A DNA stretch of 64,000 bases from Octopus sinensis (Eukaryota): NCBI RefSeq assembly GCF_006345805.1, contig NW_021836301.1:1-64000 (forward strand). Direction: 5' to 3'. The translations under genes were made by a program, and so were the position numbers. Within the stretch, counting starts at the first letter, position 1; each line of letters opens with the position of its first letter. This document shows, piece after piece, positions 24,931 through 38,369 of the stretch. A model generated the notes under the pieces. The model was not told the DNA's origin. It searched no databases and saw only the letters and a list, made by a program, of their open reading frames with translations.

Positions 24931-25332
24931 AAGTGTGGTGATGATACAAATTGTCATTGTTTATTCTAAGGTCGGACGTAACGATAACCAAATCTATTCC
25001 ATCCATGACTAACCCATCTTAATTCAAACACACTGAATCTAGGCCTACACGGGTAACACGAAAGCTCTAGCTTTGCTGTCAACAGACACTGGACAGACAT
25101 TATTGGTCAGAAGCGTTCATTATATAGCCGTCTTTTCTTACTTTTCAGATAAGCAAGCTTACAGGAGATTGCAGGTTTTCAGACTGCCAGAAGGAATAGG
25201 AATACCCAAGACAGCTAAACAACCTGTACCGCCAGAGGAACGAAGAAAGAGAGGGAGGGGAAGAGGGAGAAGAAGAAGAAGAAGAAGAAGAAGAAGGAAT
25301 GGAACGTGCCACGTTCAAACAAGATCTAAATG

Positions 25333-26165
25333 AATGGTTCTCAACCGAGGTCCACATGGCCCTTGGCGCTACACATAAGATTCTGTCCTTAAAATTCATC
25401 AGCAATAAACCAGTTATACTTTTATACAATGCACAAAATATTTTAACCATCTTTTATACAATTCCTAATAATAACTAATTATAACAGGGCGGCGAGCTTG
25501 TAGAATCGTCAGCACGCCGGGCGAAGTGCTTAGCGGTATTTCGTCTGCCGTTACGTTCGGAGTTCAAATTCCGCCGAGCTCGACTTTGCACCTTCCATCT
25601 TTTCGGGGTCGATTAAATAAGTATCAGTTACGCACTGGGGTCGATGTAATCGACTTAATACCTATGTCTGTCCTTGTTTGTCCTCTTTGTGTTTAGCTCC
25701 TTGTGGGTAATAAAGAAATAGGTATTTCGTCTGCCGTTAAGTTCGGAGTTCAGATTCCGCCGAGCTCGACTTTGCACCTTTCATCTTTTCGGGGTCGATT
25801 AAACAAGTACCAGTTACGCACGGGGTCGATGTAATCGACTTAATACCTATGTCTGTCCTTGTTTGTCCTCTCTGTGTTTATCCCCTTGTGGGTAATAAAG
25901 AAATAGGTATTTCGTCTGCCGTTACGTTCGGAGTTCAGATTCCGCCGAGCTCGACTTTGCACCTTTCATCTTTTCGGGGTCGATTAAATAAGTATCAGTT
26001 ACGCACTAGGGTCGATATAATCGACTTAATCCGTTTGTCTGTCCTTGTTTGTCCTCTCTGTGTTTAGCCCCTTGTGGGCAATAAAGAAATAAAATAACTA
26101 ATTATAAAGGTTTTTTTTTAAAACATCGAATGACTAGGAGTAAAAATGGAATCAAAAGGGTACTT
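25333..26165. mobile_element. Decayed hAT-like MITE interrupted by the SINE-B trimer
   Basis: aatggttctcaaccgaggtccacatgg...cataagatt terminus, similar to the 36005 and 61253 copies. Confidence 0.5.
25487..26092 (+). mobile_element. SINE-B head-to-tail trimer with 15-bp TSD
   Basis: ggtatttcgtctgccgtt at 25534, 25721 and 25906; TSD aataactaattataa at 25470-25484 and 26093-26107. Confidence 0.93.
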
Positions 26166-26978
26166 TTCCAACAAATGATCAAAAGAGACTTAGCAGCACC
26201 TTCGCTCAAAACGTATGGGATGAACTAAGATACAGCGATCGGATCTCTGGACTATATATCCAATGTGTCTTATTTTGCGTATGTGTGTTGGGGTGAAAGT
26301 CTTAATAATGGTTCCATAATGTGCCTAAGAGAACTCTAAAACGTTATTCTGGAAAAGATGGGATGGTCACCGTTGGAATACCTCTGTCGGATCAGGGCTC
26401 ACTTAGAAATTTGGGTGCTGTTTCTAGCAGGTGGAGCGACTATACGGGGGCATACATGCTGGCTTTCTATGCAACATGGTTGTGCAGTCTGTTACGCCGA
26501 GTTCCAAGCTGACATAACGCACGCACACGCACGCACAAACAAATTGCACGCGCACACATACAAATACACACTCACTCACTCACACACATACACACGTACG
26601 CACACACACACAATGATACAACATTTGTGTTCACACTATGCAGCAGATTAATTCAATATTTATTCATCAATCACATCGATCAAAATTAGTCGATCGATTG
26701 ATCGATCAGTCATTCTGATCGATTATGCTCAAAGAAATTACATAATCGTAGTGCTGAAAGTGTGATAAAACGCTACTCAATCCCTTTCTTAGCGAGATGT
26801 ATCCATTAATGGGAGATTATATAAGGTGGAGATTGACATAATTTCTGAATATCTTTTACTTATACACACACACACACACACACGTATATATTATATGCAT
26901 ATATGATATATATATATATATATGTGTATATATATATATATATAAATATGTAAGCATAATTACACATACATACGTATG

Positions 26979-27013
<35 letters not shown>

Positions 27014-27246
27014 ATATGTATATCTATCTATCTATCTATATATATATATATATGTAGATATATATATATATATGCATATATACATACATACACACACAGC
27101 TTCGTACACAAATACACATATAAATATACATGCACGCACAGGTATGTAATTGATATAAACACGTGTAATACATATAAACACACACACACAAATACAGATA
27201 TATATACATATACATTATAGATACACCCACACCTAAGCTTATACAT

Positions 27247-27315
<69 letters not shown>

Positions 27316-27661
27316 TATACACACACAGTGAGAGAGAGAGAGGCTGGGAGAAAGTGGTAATTTATTTTTATCAGAAATGATTTTGATAGCAGTTACGGTG
27401 TTATGGCGGCGGTGTTGCTCATAACATTGATAACAGGGTTGTTAGTGGTAGTGCTGTTGTTGTTGGTGGTGGTGGCCGTGGTAGAGGGGCTATTAGCGAT
27501 AATAGAGGTGTTCCTTGTGTTTGATCTTTAGGGAGAGAGAGAGGGAGAGAGAGAGATTATTATTATTTTTATTAGTTTTATTTGTTTTTCATTAATCTAA
27601 ATCCTATTGGATTGGGAAACTTCAAAGGTGAGCGAAAAAATACCTCTCATTTGGAAGAAAG

Positions 27662-27696
<35 letters not shown>

Positions 27697-28695
27697 AAAT
27701 GTTATTTATTGGCCACATGAGCAACGTATGCGTGTGCATTAACAGTTGCAGGTTACTAAGGTTGCGTATAAGATTATATGAATGAACATATAAAAAGGCA
27801 TACGAGGAATTCATACATACATATATATAAACACACACAGAGTTACACATATATATTCTGAAGTCCAAAGACAATAAGCATCACTTAGGGCCATCCAGTC
27901 AAGGAATCTTATAGATCAGAGTTACCTTGACTGCCACAACGCGAGTGCCCTTCCTCAGCTATCATTTCCCGGATCAGAAGGCCCGTGGTGTGTGTAGTTG
28001 GTTGTTCATTCGGGTTAAGCTCGTTAATTTTCAAACCTAATTCAACAAATTTACTGAAGGACATTCTCTTTTGAACTTCGTCCTTCCTTCCCACGTTTGA
28101 ACTTTTTTTTTAATGTTACAGAGAGATTGACCAATGACGAAATGTGTCCTCCTCAGTAGCTTCGGTCATTTCTACAACACATCTTCCTTTGCCGTAGCCA
28201 CATGAAGCAAAAAAAAAAAAAAAAACTACCTGAAGCTAGTGCTCATATCTGATTCTCTTCCTTATATTATTTACGATTAATTTTTCTTAAATGTATGTTT
28301 CTTAAGTAAAACTTGAAGCTTACCAATAATAGTTCCTTCTATACGAAGGCAATTTGTTTTTAAAAAAAACCATTTTAATAATGCAAGTTTAATAATCTTT
28401 GTTCGATTTCGGTTCCATTCTCATGGAAATAGCTGCACGTGCATGAGTGCATGCCATAGATTAGCATTTAACCAGAACCGGATTCGGTATTTTTTAATAC
28501 ACAAATGGCGTGTATGTATGCGCGATTGCATACACACCTAAATAATAATTGCTTCGTATAAAGAAAGGGTCTTAAATGATTTCATAAAATAATTACGAAA
28601 CCTATGTTTTATAAACGAAATATGAAGTTGTGACATTTATGCAGAGATGTACGTATAGAGAGATAGATAAGAGAATGTACGTATGTGTATGTATG

Positions 28696-28733
<38 letters not shown>

Positions 28734-29599
28734 TATCAAGGCATTCATAGACACACAAACGCACACATATGTCTATATACACAGACACACATTACATGCA
28801 CATATACATACTAGCACGCAAATATATACATATATGAAGAAGAGCCAATCACCTACACATTACCAAACGAATTGTAGCTACGAAAGTATCGATCGCTATT
28901 TATTACAAGGTCTCAGTACGCGGATGCATAGACGTATACATATACATGTATGCATTATATACACACACACACATTATGATATACACGTGACCTAGTAAAT
29001 TGATAAATGTCCAGCAATTTCAAATTTACATCCGCTGTATGATTCAAAATATGTGTAATATAAATTGTCTGAAGATCGTCACTCAATCGTGAAACCCTTG
29101 TCCAGTCATAACTGTCAGGTTCTAAAATTGTATGTCACGCATTCGTACGTACATGTACTCACACACGCTTACCTTTATATACATAGCGAATTTCTTATAC
29201 TCTCCTCAACTATCTATCTATCTATCTATCTATGTATCTACCTATCTAGCTAGATAGCTAGCTCTCTATCGTGTATCCTTTAAGGAAACTGGCAATTGAA
29301 ATTGAGATATAAATTTATCCCTTCTGACAAAAGGCAGCGAATATTGAAGAAAGAAAAAAGCAAAAAAGGTTTTTGCCTTCAAGCATAATTCTATCAATTC
29401 ACGAAAACTAAGGACGCAAGTGAGAGTAGGTGGCATTTATGCCTTTCAGAAGGAACTTATTAAACTACCACGGGAAAGAAATACCGATTCAATAACGTTT
29501 CAATGCTGTTTTTCAATCGACATCAATCTATGCAGTTATAATCGACCAGACCAAGACAACCTACTACTACTACTACTACTAGCAATAGTTAAAACAACT

Positions 29600-29756
29600 G
29601 TTTCTAATTTAGGTACAAAGCCAGCAATTTCGAGAGGGGTGGGCATAGTGGATACAATCGAACGGTACTTCATTTGCACTTTGTTTTATTTACCTTGGAA
29701 CGATGAGAGGGAAATCTGTCTTCGGGGAGATGGCATTTGGTCCGACACTGCCATAG

Positions 29757-29788
<32 letters not shown>

Positions 29789-30640
29789 TCTTTTTACTGG
29801 AAGCACAAGGCTTCAAATTTGGGGGAAGGGATTACGTCGATTACATCGATTCAGTGCGTAACTGGTACTTATTTAATCGAACCCGAAAGGAAGAAAGGCA
29901 AAGTCGGCCTCGGCGGAATTTGAACTCAGAACATTAGCGGCAGGCGAAATACCGCTAAGCATTTCATCAAGCATGCTAACGGTTCTTTTCTACTCTATAG
30001 CACAAGGCCCTAGTCCAGTCGATGCATACTGGTGTCGATGAAATCAATTTTCCCCTTCCCTCCAGGTTTCAGGCCTTTAGTAGAAAGGATTATCATTATT
30101 ACTATTATCAGTAATATTTCTGATTTATGTACAAATCCAGCGGATTACAGGGGATGTAGCAAGTCGATAGCATCGACCTAGTACTCGAGTGGTACTTCAT
30201 TTTATCTACCATAAAATGGAAGGAAGAATTCGAGCTCAGAACATGAAGTACCAGAAAATCGTTTTCAGTTTAGGCATAAGGCCAACAATTCTAATGTTAG
30301 TCGATGCCATCAACTTCAGTTCTTGACATTTACTTTATTTTTATCGACTCCCAAAGGATGGAAGTAATAATGATGACCTCACCGGGATTTGAACTCAGAA
30401 TGTAAAGAGCCTGAACAAATGCCACAAATCATTTACTTCGATGCTCTAACGATTCTGTCACCTTATAATAATCTTTTCTACTTATATATATATATATATA
30501 TCTTACTATATATACATATATATATGAAAACCGAGGTACTGTACTTTATTTCATCGCCCTCGAAATGATGAAAAGCCAAGTCGCCATGATCAAAATTTGA
30601 GCTCAGAAGGTAGAGACGGAAGAAATACTGCTATGCATTC
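29600..30640 (-). mobile_element. Cluster of SINE-B copies/fragments
   Basis: Best copy 29790-29985; further degenerate gaatttgaactcagaa motifs to ~30610. Confidence 0.75.
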
Positions 30641-31246
30641 TGAGAAGAAAATCTGAAATTACGCTTATTTTGTGAAATAAATATTAAATTTTTGCTCATT
30701 TCTATCGTTTTGGATTTAACAGTCCCTATTGTATACTTCTTAATTACTGTGTTGTTGCTAATGGAATACACTAACGCAGAAGACTGTATTTAGTTCTGGT
30801 ATCTGTTCGTCATTACTGCCGAAATAAACGAAATAACATAGTCATGTGTTGCTATTTTTATTGTTATTTGAACTTAAAATAATAATGTTTAAAAACAGTA
30901 TTTTAAATTTCGTCTTTGTCGGTTGTTTGATTATGGTACAAGTGTAAAACTCATATTACTTAGCAAAACAGATTGGGGGTAAATTTACTTTCAAAAAGTT
31001 ACCAGGGGGTAAATGAAACAAAAACGATTAGAAACCCCTTCGGTTATACAGATGGTTAACTATGAAACGGAGAAAAAATTAGCATAGAGCATCACCGAAA
31101 TAAGCAACACGATAATCATTATTTTACAGATATATTCTTACGGAACAATGGGAAATAAGTGTAACTTTAAGTGTCAAGTTTTAAGTTAGCAACTAGCCAA
31201 ATGGGCGGAAGTTAATTCCTAGGTCAGTCTATCTGTAAAACTGGGC

Positions 31247-31541
31247 TTCCGTCGGTTACGACGACAAATGTTGCAGTTGTTCCGATCAACGGAACAGCCA
31301 GCTCGTAAAATTAAAGTGGTTGATCACTCTACAGACATGTGGACCTTTAAACGTAGTCCTAAAGGAGATTCAGCGTGACACAGAATCTGACAAGGCTGGC
31401 CCTTCGAATTAGGAGTACAATTCAGTTTTGCTAGCTGAGCAGACTGAAGCAACGTGAAATAAAGTGTCCTGCGCTGCCAGGAGTGGAACTCGTAACCTTA
31501 CGATCGCGTGCCGAAAACGCAGACCACTAATTCACGCGCTT
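31247..31541 (-). mobile_element. SINE-C/D mosaic (CORE-like middle + tail T1)
   Basis: ccgtcggttacgacgac...ccgatcaacggaacagcc (T1 reverse complement) joined to agcaacgtgaaataaagtgtcc and tRNA head accactaattcacgcgc. Confidence 0.8.
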
Positions 31542-31849
31542 TCGCAATCTGTATATATTCTTCTTCAAACGGAACGAGCAAAATAAGTAACGTGGGAACA
31601 TCCCTGATATTGATGGACAAATGGACAATGGTTGAAGGAACATTCCGTACAAGTATAGCTAACCGTTACTCACGAATGACTATGGTTTTGTAATATGTAC
31701 CGATCTTTCTCTAATTGTTTCAGATGCCTGTGAAGTCGCGAACAGAGACACTCTCGTTGCCATTGGAACATAGACTGTAAAAAGTCGAAAGAAACGCCGT
31801 TAAGCAATTTGCCAGACGCGCTAGCCATTCTGCCAGCACGAATAATAAT

Positions 31850-32492
31850 CGCCTCTATTCTGGGCACAAAGCCTGAATCTTTGTAGAGATGATGTTTGTC
31901 GATTATATTGACCCTAATGCTCAATTGGTACTTCTTTTATCGACCCCGAAAGAATGAAAGGCAAAGACAGCTCCGGCGGAATTTGAACTCAGAACGCAAA
32001 GCAAAAAAGAAATGCCGCACAGCGTGCTAACGCTTCTTATTTCTTTATTGCCCACAATGGGCTAAACATAGAGGGGACAAACAAGGACAGACAAAGGGAT
32101 TAAGTCGATTACATCGACCCAGTGCGTAACTGGTACTTATTTAATCGACCCCGAAAGGATGAAAGGCAAAGTCGACCTCGGTGGAATTTGAACTTAGAAC
32201 GTAGCGGCAAACAAAATACCGCTAAGTATTTCGCCCAGCGTGCTAACGCTTCTGCCACCTCGCCGCCTTGCATAAATATTTTTTCCTGTTTCAGGTACAG
32301 GGCATGAACTATTGGGGGAGGGGATAATCGATTACATCGATACCGATGCTCAAATGGCATTTAATATATCGATTCCAAAAGGATGCAAAGCTAAGTCGAC
32401 CTCGGCAGAATTTGAACTCACAACGTAAAGCAAGGAAGAAATGCCGCACAGCACTCTGTGTGGCGTGCTAACGATTCAGCCAGTTCGCCGTC
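31850..32492 (-). mobile_element. Three SINE-B copies; full-length young copy at 32036-32269
   Basis: Reverse complement of SINE-B with the taaagaaata tail. Confidence 0.9.
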
Positions 32493-32865
32493 TTGGAAAA
32501 TGGTAACACCGAACAAAATGTCCCAAACATGTTGGCAGTAAAAACATTATAGACAAAAATAATTCACCTCAAATTGCTACAGAATATCTCGTAAAAATAT
32601 TTATAGGACATAAATAACGCCGTGCCAAGGGTCGCGAGATCCCGATGGAGACATCAGGAAGCCGTCGTGACAGACGGCGAGTATGGCGGAAACCCAGGTC
32701 TGGACTACATCCGATTTCTTTTAAGAAAGAAAGAGAGAGAGAGAGAGTAATGAAGTGGTATTATATTTATCGGACCCAGAAGAATGAAGAGCCAAGTCGA
32801 CTTAGGTGAAGTTCGAAATCGGAGCAGAGAGCCAATACGGATAACACAAAGCATCATTATTAGCG

Positions 32866-33092
32866 AAGGCGGCGAGCTGGCAGAATCGTTAGCACGCCGG
32901 ACAAAATGCTTAGTGCCATTTCGCCTGTCTTTACGTTCTGGGTTCAAATTCCACTGATGTCGATTTTTATCTTTCATTTTTTTTTTTTCTTTTGGGAGGC
33001 AGGTGTCGATGTACCAGTTAATCATTGGGGCCGATGCAATCTACTTACTATTTCCCCGAAATTGCTGCCCTTGGGCCAAAACCTGAAACAAT
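32866..33092 (+). mobile_element. SINE-B
   Basis: aaggcggcgagctggcagaatcgttagcacgccgg head; ggttcaaattcc. Confidence 0.85.
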
Positions 33093-33172
33093 TATTATAA
33101 TTATTATTACTATTATATCTGAAGTTCTAAGGATTCTGTCAATTCGTTGCCTAGCTTAAATATTACAATTAG

Positions 33173-33211
<39 letters not shown>

Positions 33212-33617
33212 GAATAAAACCAAATATAGGACAGACTATCAGACTAAACAGAGACAGAACTTCACAAAAACACACACGCATACATGTGTGTACGTATGTG
33301 TATGTTATCGTGTGTATGTAAGTGCTAAGTGTAATTATGTGTGTGTGTGTGTGTGTATGATTGTATGTGCACACACACACATATACTACATATACATGCA
33401 GAATATATAAATACGTATGTACATGCATTCAAATTTACCAACACATAGACAGATAAGCACATGCAGATATTGACAGAAATAGGAAATTTATCGGGGATCG
33501 ATTATTAGCAGTTAGTTATATAAATTTGATCCCTAAGGCGACAATCTCCGGTATTATATCCTATAACTGAATAACTAACAACAAAGGGAACAGCGGCGTC
33601 GGCGACGATGGTGAGGT

Positions 33618-33651
<34 letters not shown>

Positions 33652-34228
33652 AATTAATTTTGAAATTAATGACGACGACGATGACGATAACAATCATAAT
33701 GGCAAACGATTGATGCTGTGATATTAAACAATAAATGATGATGAGGATGGTGATGGTGATGATGGCAGTGGTGGTAATGATAATGATGATGATGATGATG
33801 ATGTGGTAGTGGTGGTGGTCTTTTCTTTCTTTTGCTCTACAGCAAACAGCAATGAATAAACTCAGTAACGAAGAAGAAGAAGAAGAAATGATAAGAAGAA
33901 GAAGAAGAAATGGTGATGAACGTGGTGTTAAAGCACTTCTCCATTTAATTGAAAATATTTCCATGATTTGTGTGTGTGTGTGTGTAAGTGTGTGTGTGTT
34001 GATTGGTTTATAATACATTTGATAATGTCGTGACATGGAGTTATAAACTGCAGAAAGACATGTAGGAAGGAGTGTGTAAATGTGGGAATATATGAATGCA
34101 TGTAGCAACACTCTCTACACCCCCTTTCTTTCTCTCTCTCAAATCAGTATTCGTGTGTGTTTGTACGTTGGTATGTGAACAGCCATCATGCAAGTATGTA
34201 TGTGTGTGTATGTTGTAGCTATATATAT

Positions 34229-34453
34229 TTATTTACTACTCACAAGGGGATAAACACAGAGGGGACAAACAAGGACAGACAAAGGGATTAAGTCGATTGC
34301 ATCGACCCCAGTGCGCAACAGGTACTTAATTTATCGACCCCGAAAGGATGAAAGGCAAAGTCGACCTTGGTGGTATTTGAACTCGGAACGTAGCGACAGA
34401 CGAAATACGGCTACGCATTTCGTCCGGCGTGCTAACGTTTCTGCCAGATCGCC
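34229..34453 (-). mobile_element. SINE-B with 16-bp TSD
   Basis: TSD tgttgtagctatatat at 34211-34226 and 34454-34469. Confidence 0.92.
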
Positions 34454-34586
34454 TGTTGTAGCTATATATTTTTGATTCAACAATCGGTAGAAGTTAAGAG
34501 AGTAACTCAAGAGCCGAGAGTTTCGTCCTAACGACACCACCGATTAATAATTATATACATCTCTCTTTCTCTTCATATATATATGT

Positions 34587-34718
34587 CATCACCATCACCA
34601 TCATCATCATCATCATTTAACGTCCGTTTTCCATAACGATATGGGTCGGACGGTTGGACCGGAGCTGATAAGGCCGAGGGGGGGGGGATGCACCAGGCTC
34701 CCATTGTCTGTTCTGGCA
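34587..34718 (-). mobile_element. Retroposon 3' tail fragment with (TGA)n tail
   Basis: Reverse complement ends ...atggaaaacggacgttaaa(tga)n, an RTE-partner-like microsatellite tail. Confidence 0.55.
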
Positions 34719-34863
34719 ATATATACTTTATGTTTTGTTGAGTTCTCCCTTCCTGTTTGCATTGCCATTGCCTGTTCTGTATTTATACATATTTCTGTAT
34801 TTCTGTATACGTTTGAATAGATTCACATTCATAATTAGCAATTGCGTCAATGCGATTAAATGA

Positions 34864-34864
34864 T

Positions 34865-34915
<51 letters not shown>

Positions 34916-34924
34916 AAGAGAGAG

Positions 34925-34980
<56 letters not shown>
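34864..34980. repeat. Compound (TG)n(GA)n(TG)n microsatellite
   Basis: Direct reading. Confidence 0.95.
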
Positions 34981-34981
<1 letters not shown>

Positions 34982-36004
34982 AAGAACTTCTGTCTGTGGG
35001 GTCCATAAACGAGCAATCACTATATGTATTGATATTTGTTTCAGGCTTTCTAAAATGGAGAGAGATAGCGCGCGAGAGAGAGAAGGTGGGAGGGAGGGAA
35101 GGAGGAAGAGTTACCAAGAGAGAGAGAGAGAGAGAGATAACTGAAATTGTGCTGTTCCTTCTGGGTCAATATCTTAAATGACCAAATAATCTTCAGCAAT
35201 TGTTTTGTAATTGGCGACGACTTAGCAATACCGTTAGAGCAGATTCGATACAATGTCTTGGGAACAGAATATTTCTTCTGGTACTCTGCGCTCATGGGTT
35301 CAAATCACTTCAATCTCGACTTCGCTTTTAACCTTCCCCCGAATCTATAAACAAATCATAAGTCAAGTACTAGTTAGTAATAGATAGTAGTACAGCTACC
35401 TTGTAGTACTAATTATTACTAGTAATAGTGGTGGTGGTGATGGTAGTAGTAGTACATGTTGTTAAGCCCAAGATAAGTTCTGTTGAACCGGATCTACGAT
35501 CAAAAGCGCTCCAACCGTAACCAATCATATCTTTTCCTTCTAACATATTCTGTCTTTTTTTTTTTTTGCGAAATAGAAGGATGTAATGTGAGGACAATGT
35601 GACAGCTATTTCTAGTACGTTTAGCGACTACGTAGAGGATACCTTACTGGCTAATAGTAGTAGTTGTGGTGGTGGTGGTGATAGTAAAATCGTTGTTAGG
35701 GGTTCATTAGCCCCGAACTTGGCCCTGGTTATGCAGATAGTGGAAGCCGACTAACATCAATGATTATTATCAATGGTGACAAACGGTTATTCTTATCAAA
35801 ATTGGTAGATCTTAAAAAACCACGCTCAAGGCATTAGCTATGTCCTCTGCTTAATGTTATCAATCAGTTATTGTTAATGAAAAAGTACCGCTCCAAATTG
35901 CTTACAATAAGCGGCTTCATCAGTCCTTCAGTCCTATATATCTAAGATATATAGGACTGATGACCATTCCACGTTTATAGGAAAACTAACAACACTACTT
36001 AATG

Positions 36005-36240
36005 CAGCGGTTCTGGCCATTTTTCTTTTATCTACGGACACCTTGGATTCCCATCTTACACGGGTGGGTCCTCATAGTCATTCTATAATATTTTAATGAT
36101 TAAATATTATTAGGAACTGTATAAAAACATCAAATATTTGATGTATGGCAGAAATATAAACAATTTATTGGAGATAAATTTTAGCAACAAAATCTTGTCT
36201 GGTTCCCGAGGGTCAGATGTACCTTAGTTGAGAACCCCTG
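36005..36240 (-). mobile_element. hAT-like MITE
   Basis: cagcggttct...agaacccctg termini; 8-bp flanks acttaatg/acttaaag (7/8). Confidence 0.8.
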
Positions 36241-36389
36241 ACTTAAAGTGTCATTTCCATTTGAGGAAGATTTTAAGTTGCTATTTCTACCAGTTCGAAC
36301 ACCCTTGATGGCTTTTGCGGTTCTTGCAATCGATAATCAATCATTTCTACATATCACATCCTATCAAGCTACAAACACATACAAATGTT

Positions 36390-37028
36390 CTTTACTACAC
36401 TAGGTATAAGGCCTGATATTTTAGGGGAGGGAGTCAGTTGATTAGATCGATCGCAGTACACAACTGGTACTTAATTTATTGAGAGAACTGGTACTTAATT
36501 TATCGAAGGGCAAAGTCGACCTCGGCGGAATCTGAACTCAGAACGTAGCGGCAGACGAAATACCTATTTCTTTACTACCCACAAGGAGCTACACACAGAG
36601 AGGACAAACAAGGACAGACAAACGGATTAAGTCGATTAGATCGACCCCAGTGCGTACCCGGTACTTATTTAATCGACCCCGAAAGGATGAAAGGCAAAGT
36701 CGACCTTGGCGGAATTTGAACTCAGAACGTAATGACATACGAAATACCACTAAGCATTTCGCCCGGCGTGCTAATGTTTCTGCCAGCTCGCCGCCTCAAT
36801 CATACTTAATATTCTTTTCTAGTCTAGGCACAAGACCCAAAATTTCTGGAGAGGGAGTCAGTCGATTAGATCGACCCCATTACGCAACTGGTACTTAATT
36901 TATCAGCGCCAAAAAGATGAAAGGCAAAGTCGACGTCGGCGGAATTTGAACTCAGAACGTAGCGGCAGACGAAATAGCCCTAAACATTTCGTCCAGCGTG
37001 CTAACGTTTCTGCCAGCACGCCACCTTA
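36390..37028 (-). mobile_element. SINE-B dimer plus monomer bounded by one 15-bp TSD
   Basis: acacatacaaatgtt at 36375-36389 and 37030-37044; dimer junction cagacgaaatacc|tatttcttt at ~36565. Confidence 0.88.
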
Positions 37029-37103
37029 TACACATACAAATGTTGATGAACCTTTATTGATTTTATTAAAAAGAAAAGAAAAAAAGAAATGCTGCTATCG
37101 AAG

Positions 37104-37527
37104 GCGCAGGCATGTTCGTGTGTGTTAAGAAACTCGCTTTGCTACCACGTGGTTTCAGGATCAATCCCATGCGCTTGGCATCTTGGGTATCTTCTACTAC
37201 AGCCCCGTCCCGTCCAACGCTGAGCGAGTGAATTTTTTTGGTTGACGGAAACTATGTGGAAGCCCGTCGTGTTTATTATATGTGTGTGGTTGTGTGTTTG
37301 TCTGTTTGTGTGTTTGTCTGTTTGTGTGTGGGTGGGTGCGTGCCAATCCCACCGCTTGTTGGTTTGTTTACGTCCTTGTAACTTAGCGATTCACTAAAAC
37401 AGGCAGATGAAATAAAGTACGCTTTAAATAAAAAGAAAAAATTGTAATACTGGGATCCATTTGTTCAACTAAGCCTATTTAAAGCAGTACACCAGCATGG
37501 CCGCAGTCCTATGACTGAAAAAAGTAA
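37104..37527 (+). mobile_element. SINE-A, diverged full length
   Basis: Head, internal TG-rich tract, cagcatggccgcagtcctatgactgaaa tail. Confidence 0.85.
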
Positions 37528-37571
37528 TAAATAGTCATGAACATCTCGGAGATTACAAAAACAAAGAAATG

Positions 37572-37699
37572 AGCAATCTTTCGGTATTAGTAGACGACGT
37601 CATTCACCCTCTTTCTCAGCTTAGCCTCTTAGAATCTATATCACAAGGGAACGTTGCGTGAGTGTGAATGACATCGTCTACTAATACCGAAAAATTGCC
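37572..37699. mobile_element. Tiny MITE (~128 bp) with ~35-bp TIRs
   Basis: gcaatctttcggtattagtagacgacgtcattcac / gtgaatgacatcgtctactaataccgaaaaattgc; TIR resembles that of 55189-55573. Confidence 0.75.
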
Positions 37700-38369
37700 G
37701 AAGCCCCAAAAGAATCAAATAGCAAATACTTGGGAATCAAACCTGGTTTAAAGCCGGATCTGGTCCGAAAACACCGGAAGTAAGTTTCGATTTATAAGCG
37801 AACGTTAAGAGAAAACACGATTTTCTTGCCTTCAGCAACGGCACACAATAAAATAAATAACTTGTTTGTACATCGCTGTCAGTTACCGAAGCCTTGTGAA
37901 AAGGGTATTGATCGAAGCCTTTTTTCTAAGTAAGACATAAAATATTTAATGACCTTAAGTAAAAACTAAAACGTCGTGAAACTACGATTCGAAACCGGGA
38001 CTCAACGGGCCCGAGCAAGACTCGATATGACGCTGTGTGTTCGGTTTTATTAAGAAATGATAAGTTGAGAGATTATGTAATGAATACGCAACACTGTAAC
38101 ATTGATAGAAAGAAAGTACTAGATCGCTATGAAAAGATCAATAGAAGATCTATACACACGCATACATCAAGTTAAATGCACACATACATACATAGATAGA
38201 TACAAAGAGACATACAAAAGGATAGATAGATAGATAGATAGATAGGAAGAAAGACAGAGAGAGAATGAAGAGGTAAAGCTATTCAAACGTATGTAAGATA
38301 AAGATAGATTATAGATGTATATAAACGTGCGCGAGTACGTTGAATGTTCATGCATGCATTTAAATGTAA

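Noticed and set aside
25073-25333. Arg-rich protamine-like ORF
   Set aside because: Poly-Arg comes from a (GAA)n microsatellite; starts at TTG.
27909-28094. 61-aa minus-strand ORF in unique sequence
   Set aside because: Non-ATG start, no recognisable domain, no clear acceptor.
37765-37790. CCGGAAGT ETS motif overlapping a GTAAGT donor
   Set aside because: A single short motif is insufficient to call a promoter or exon.
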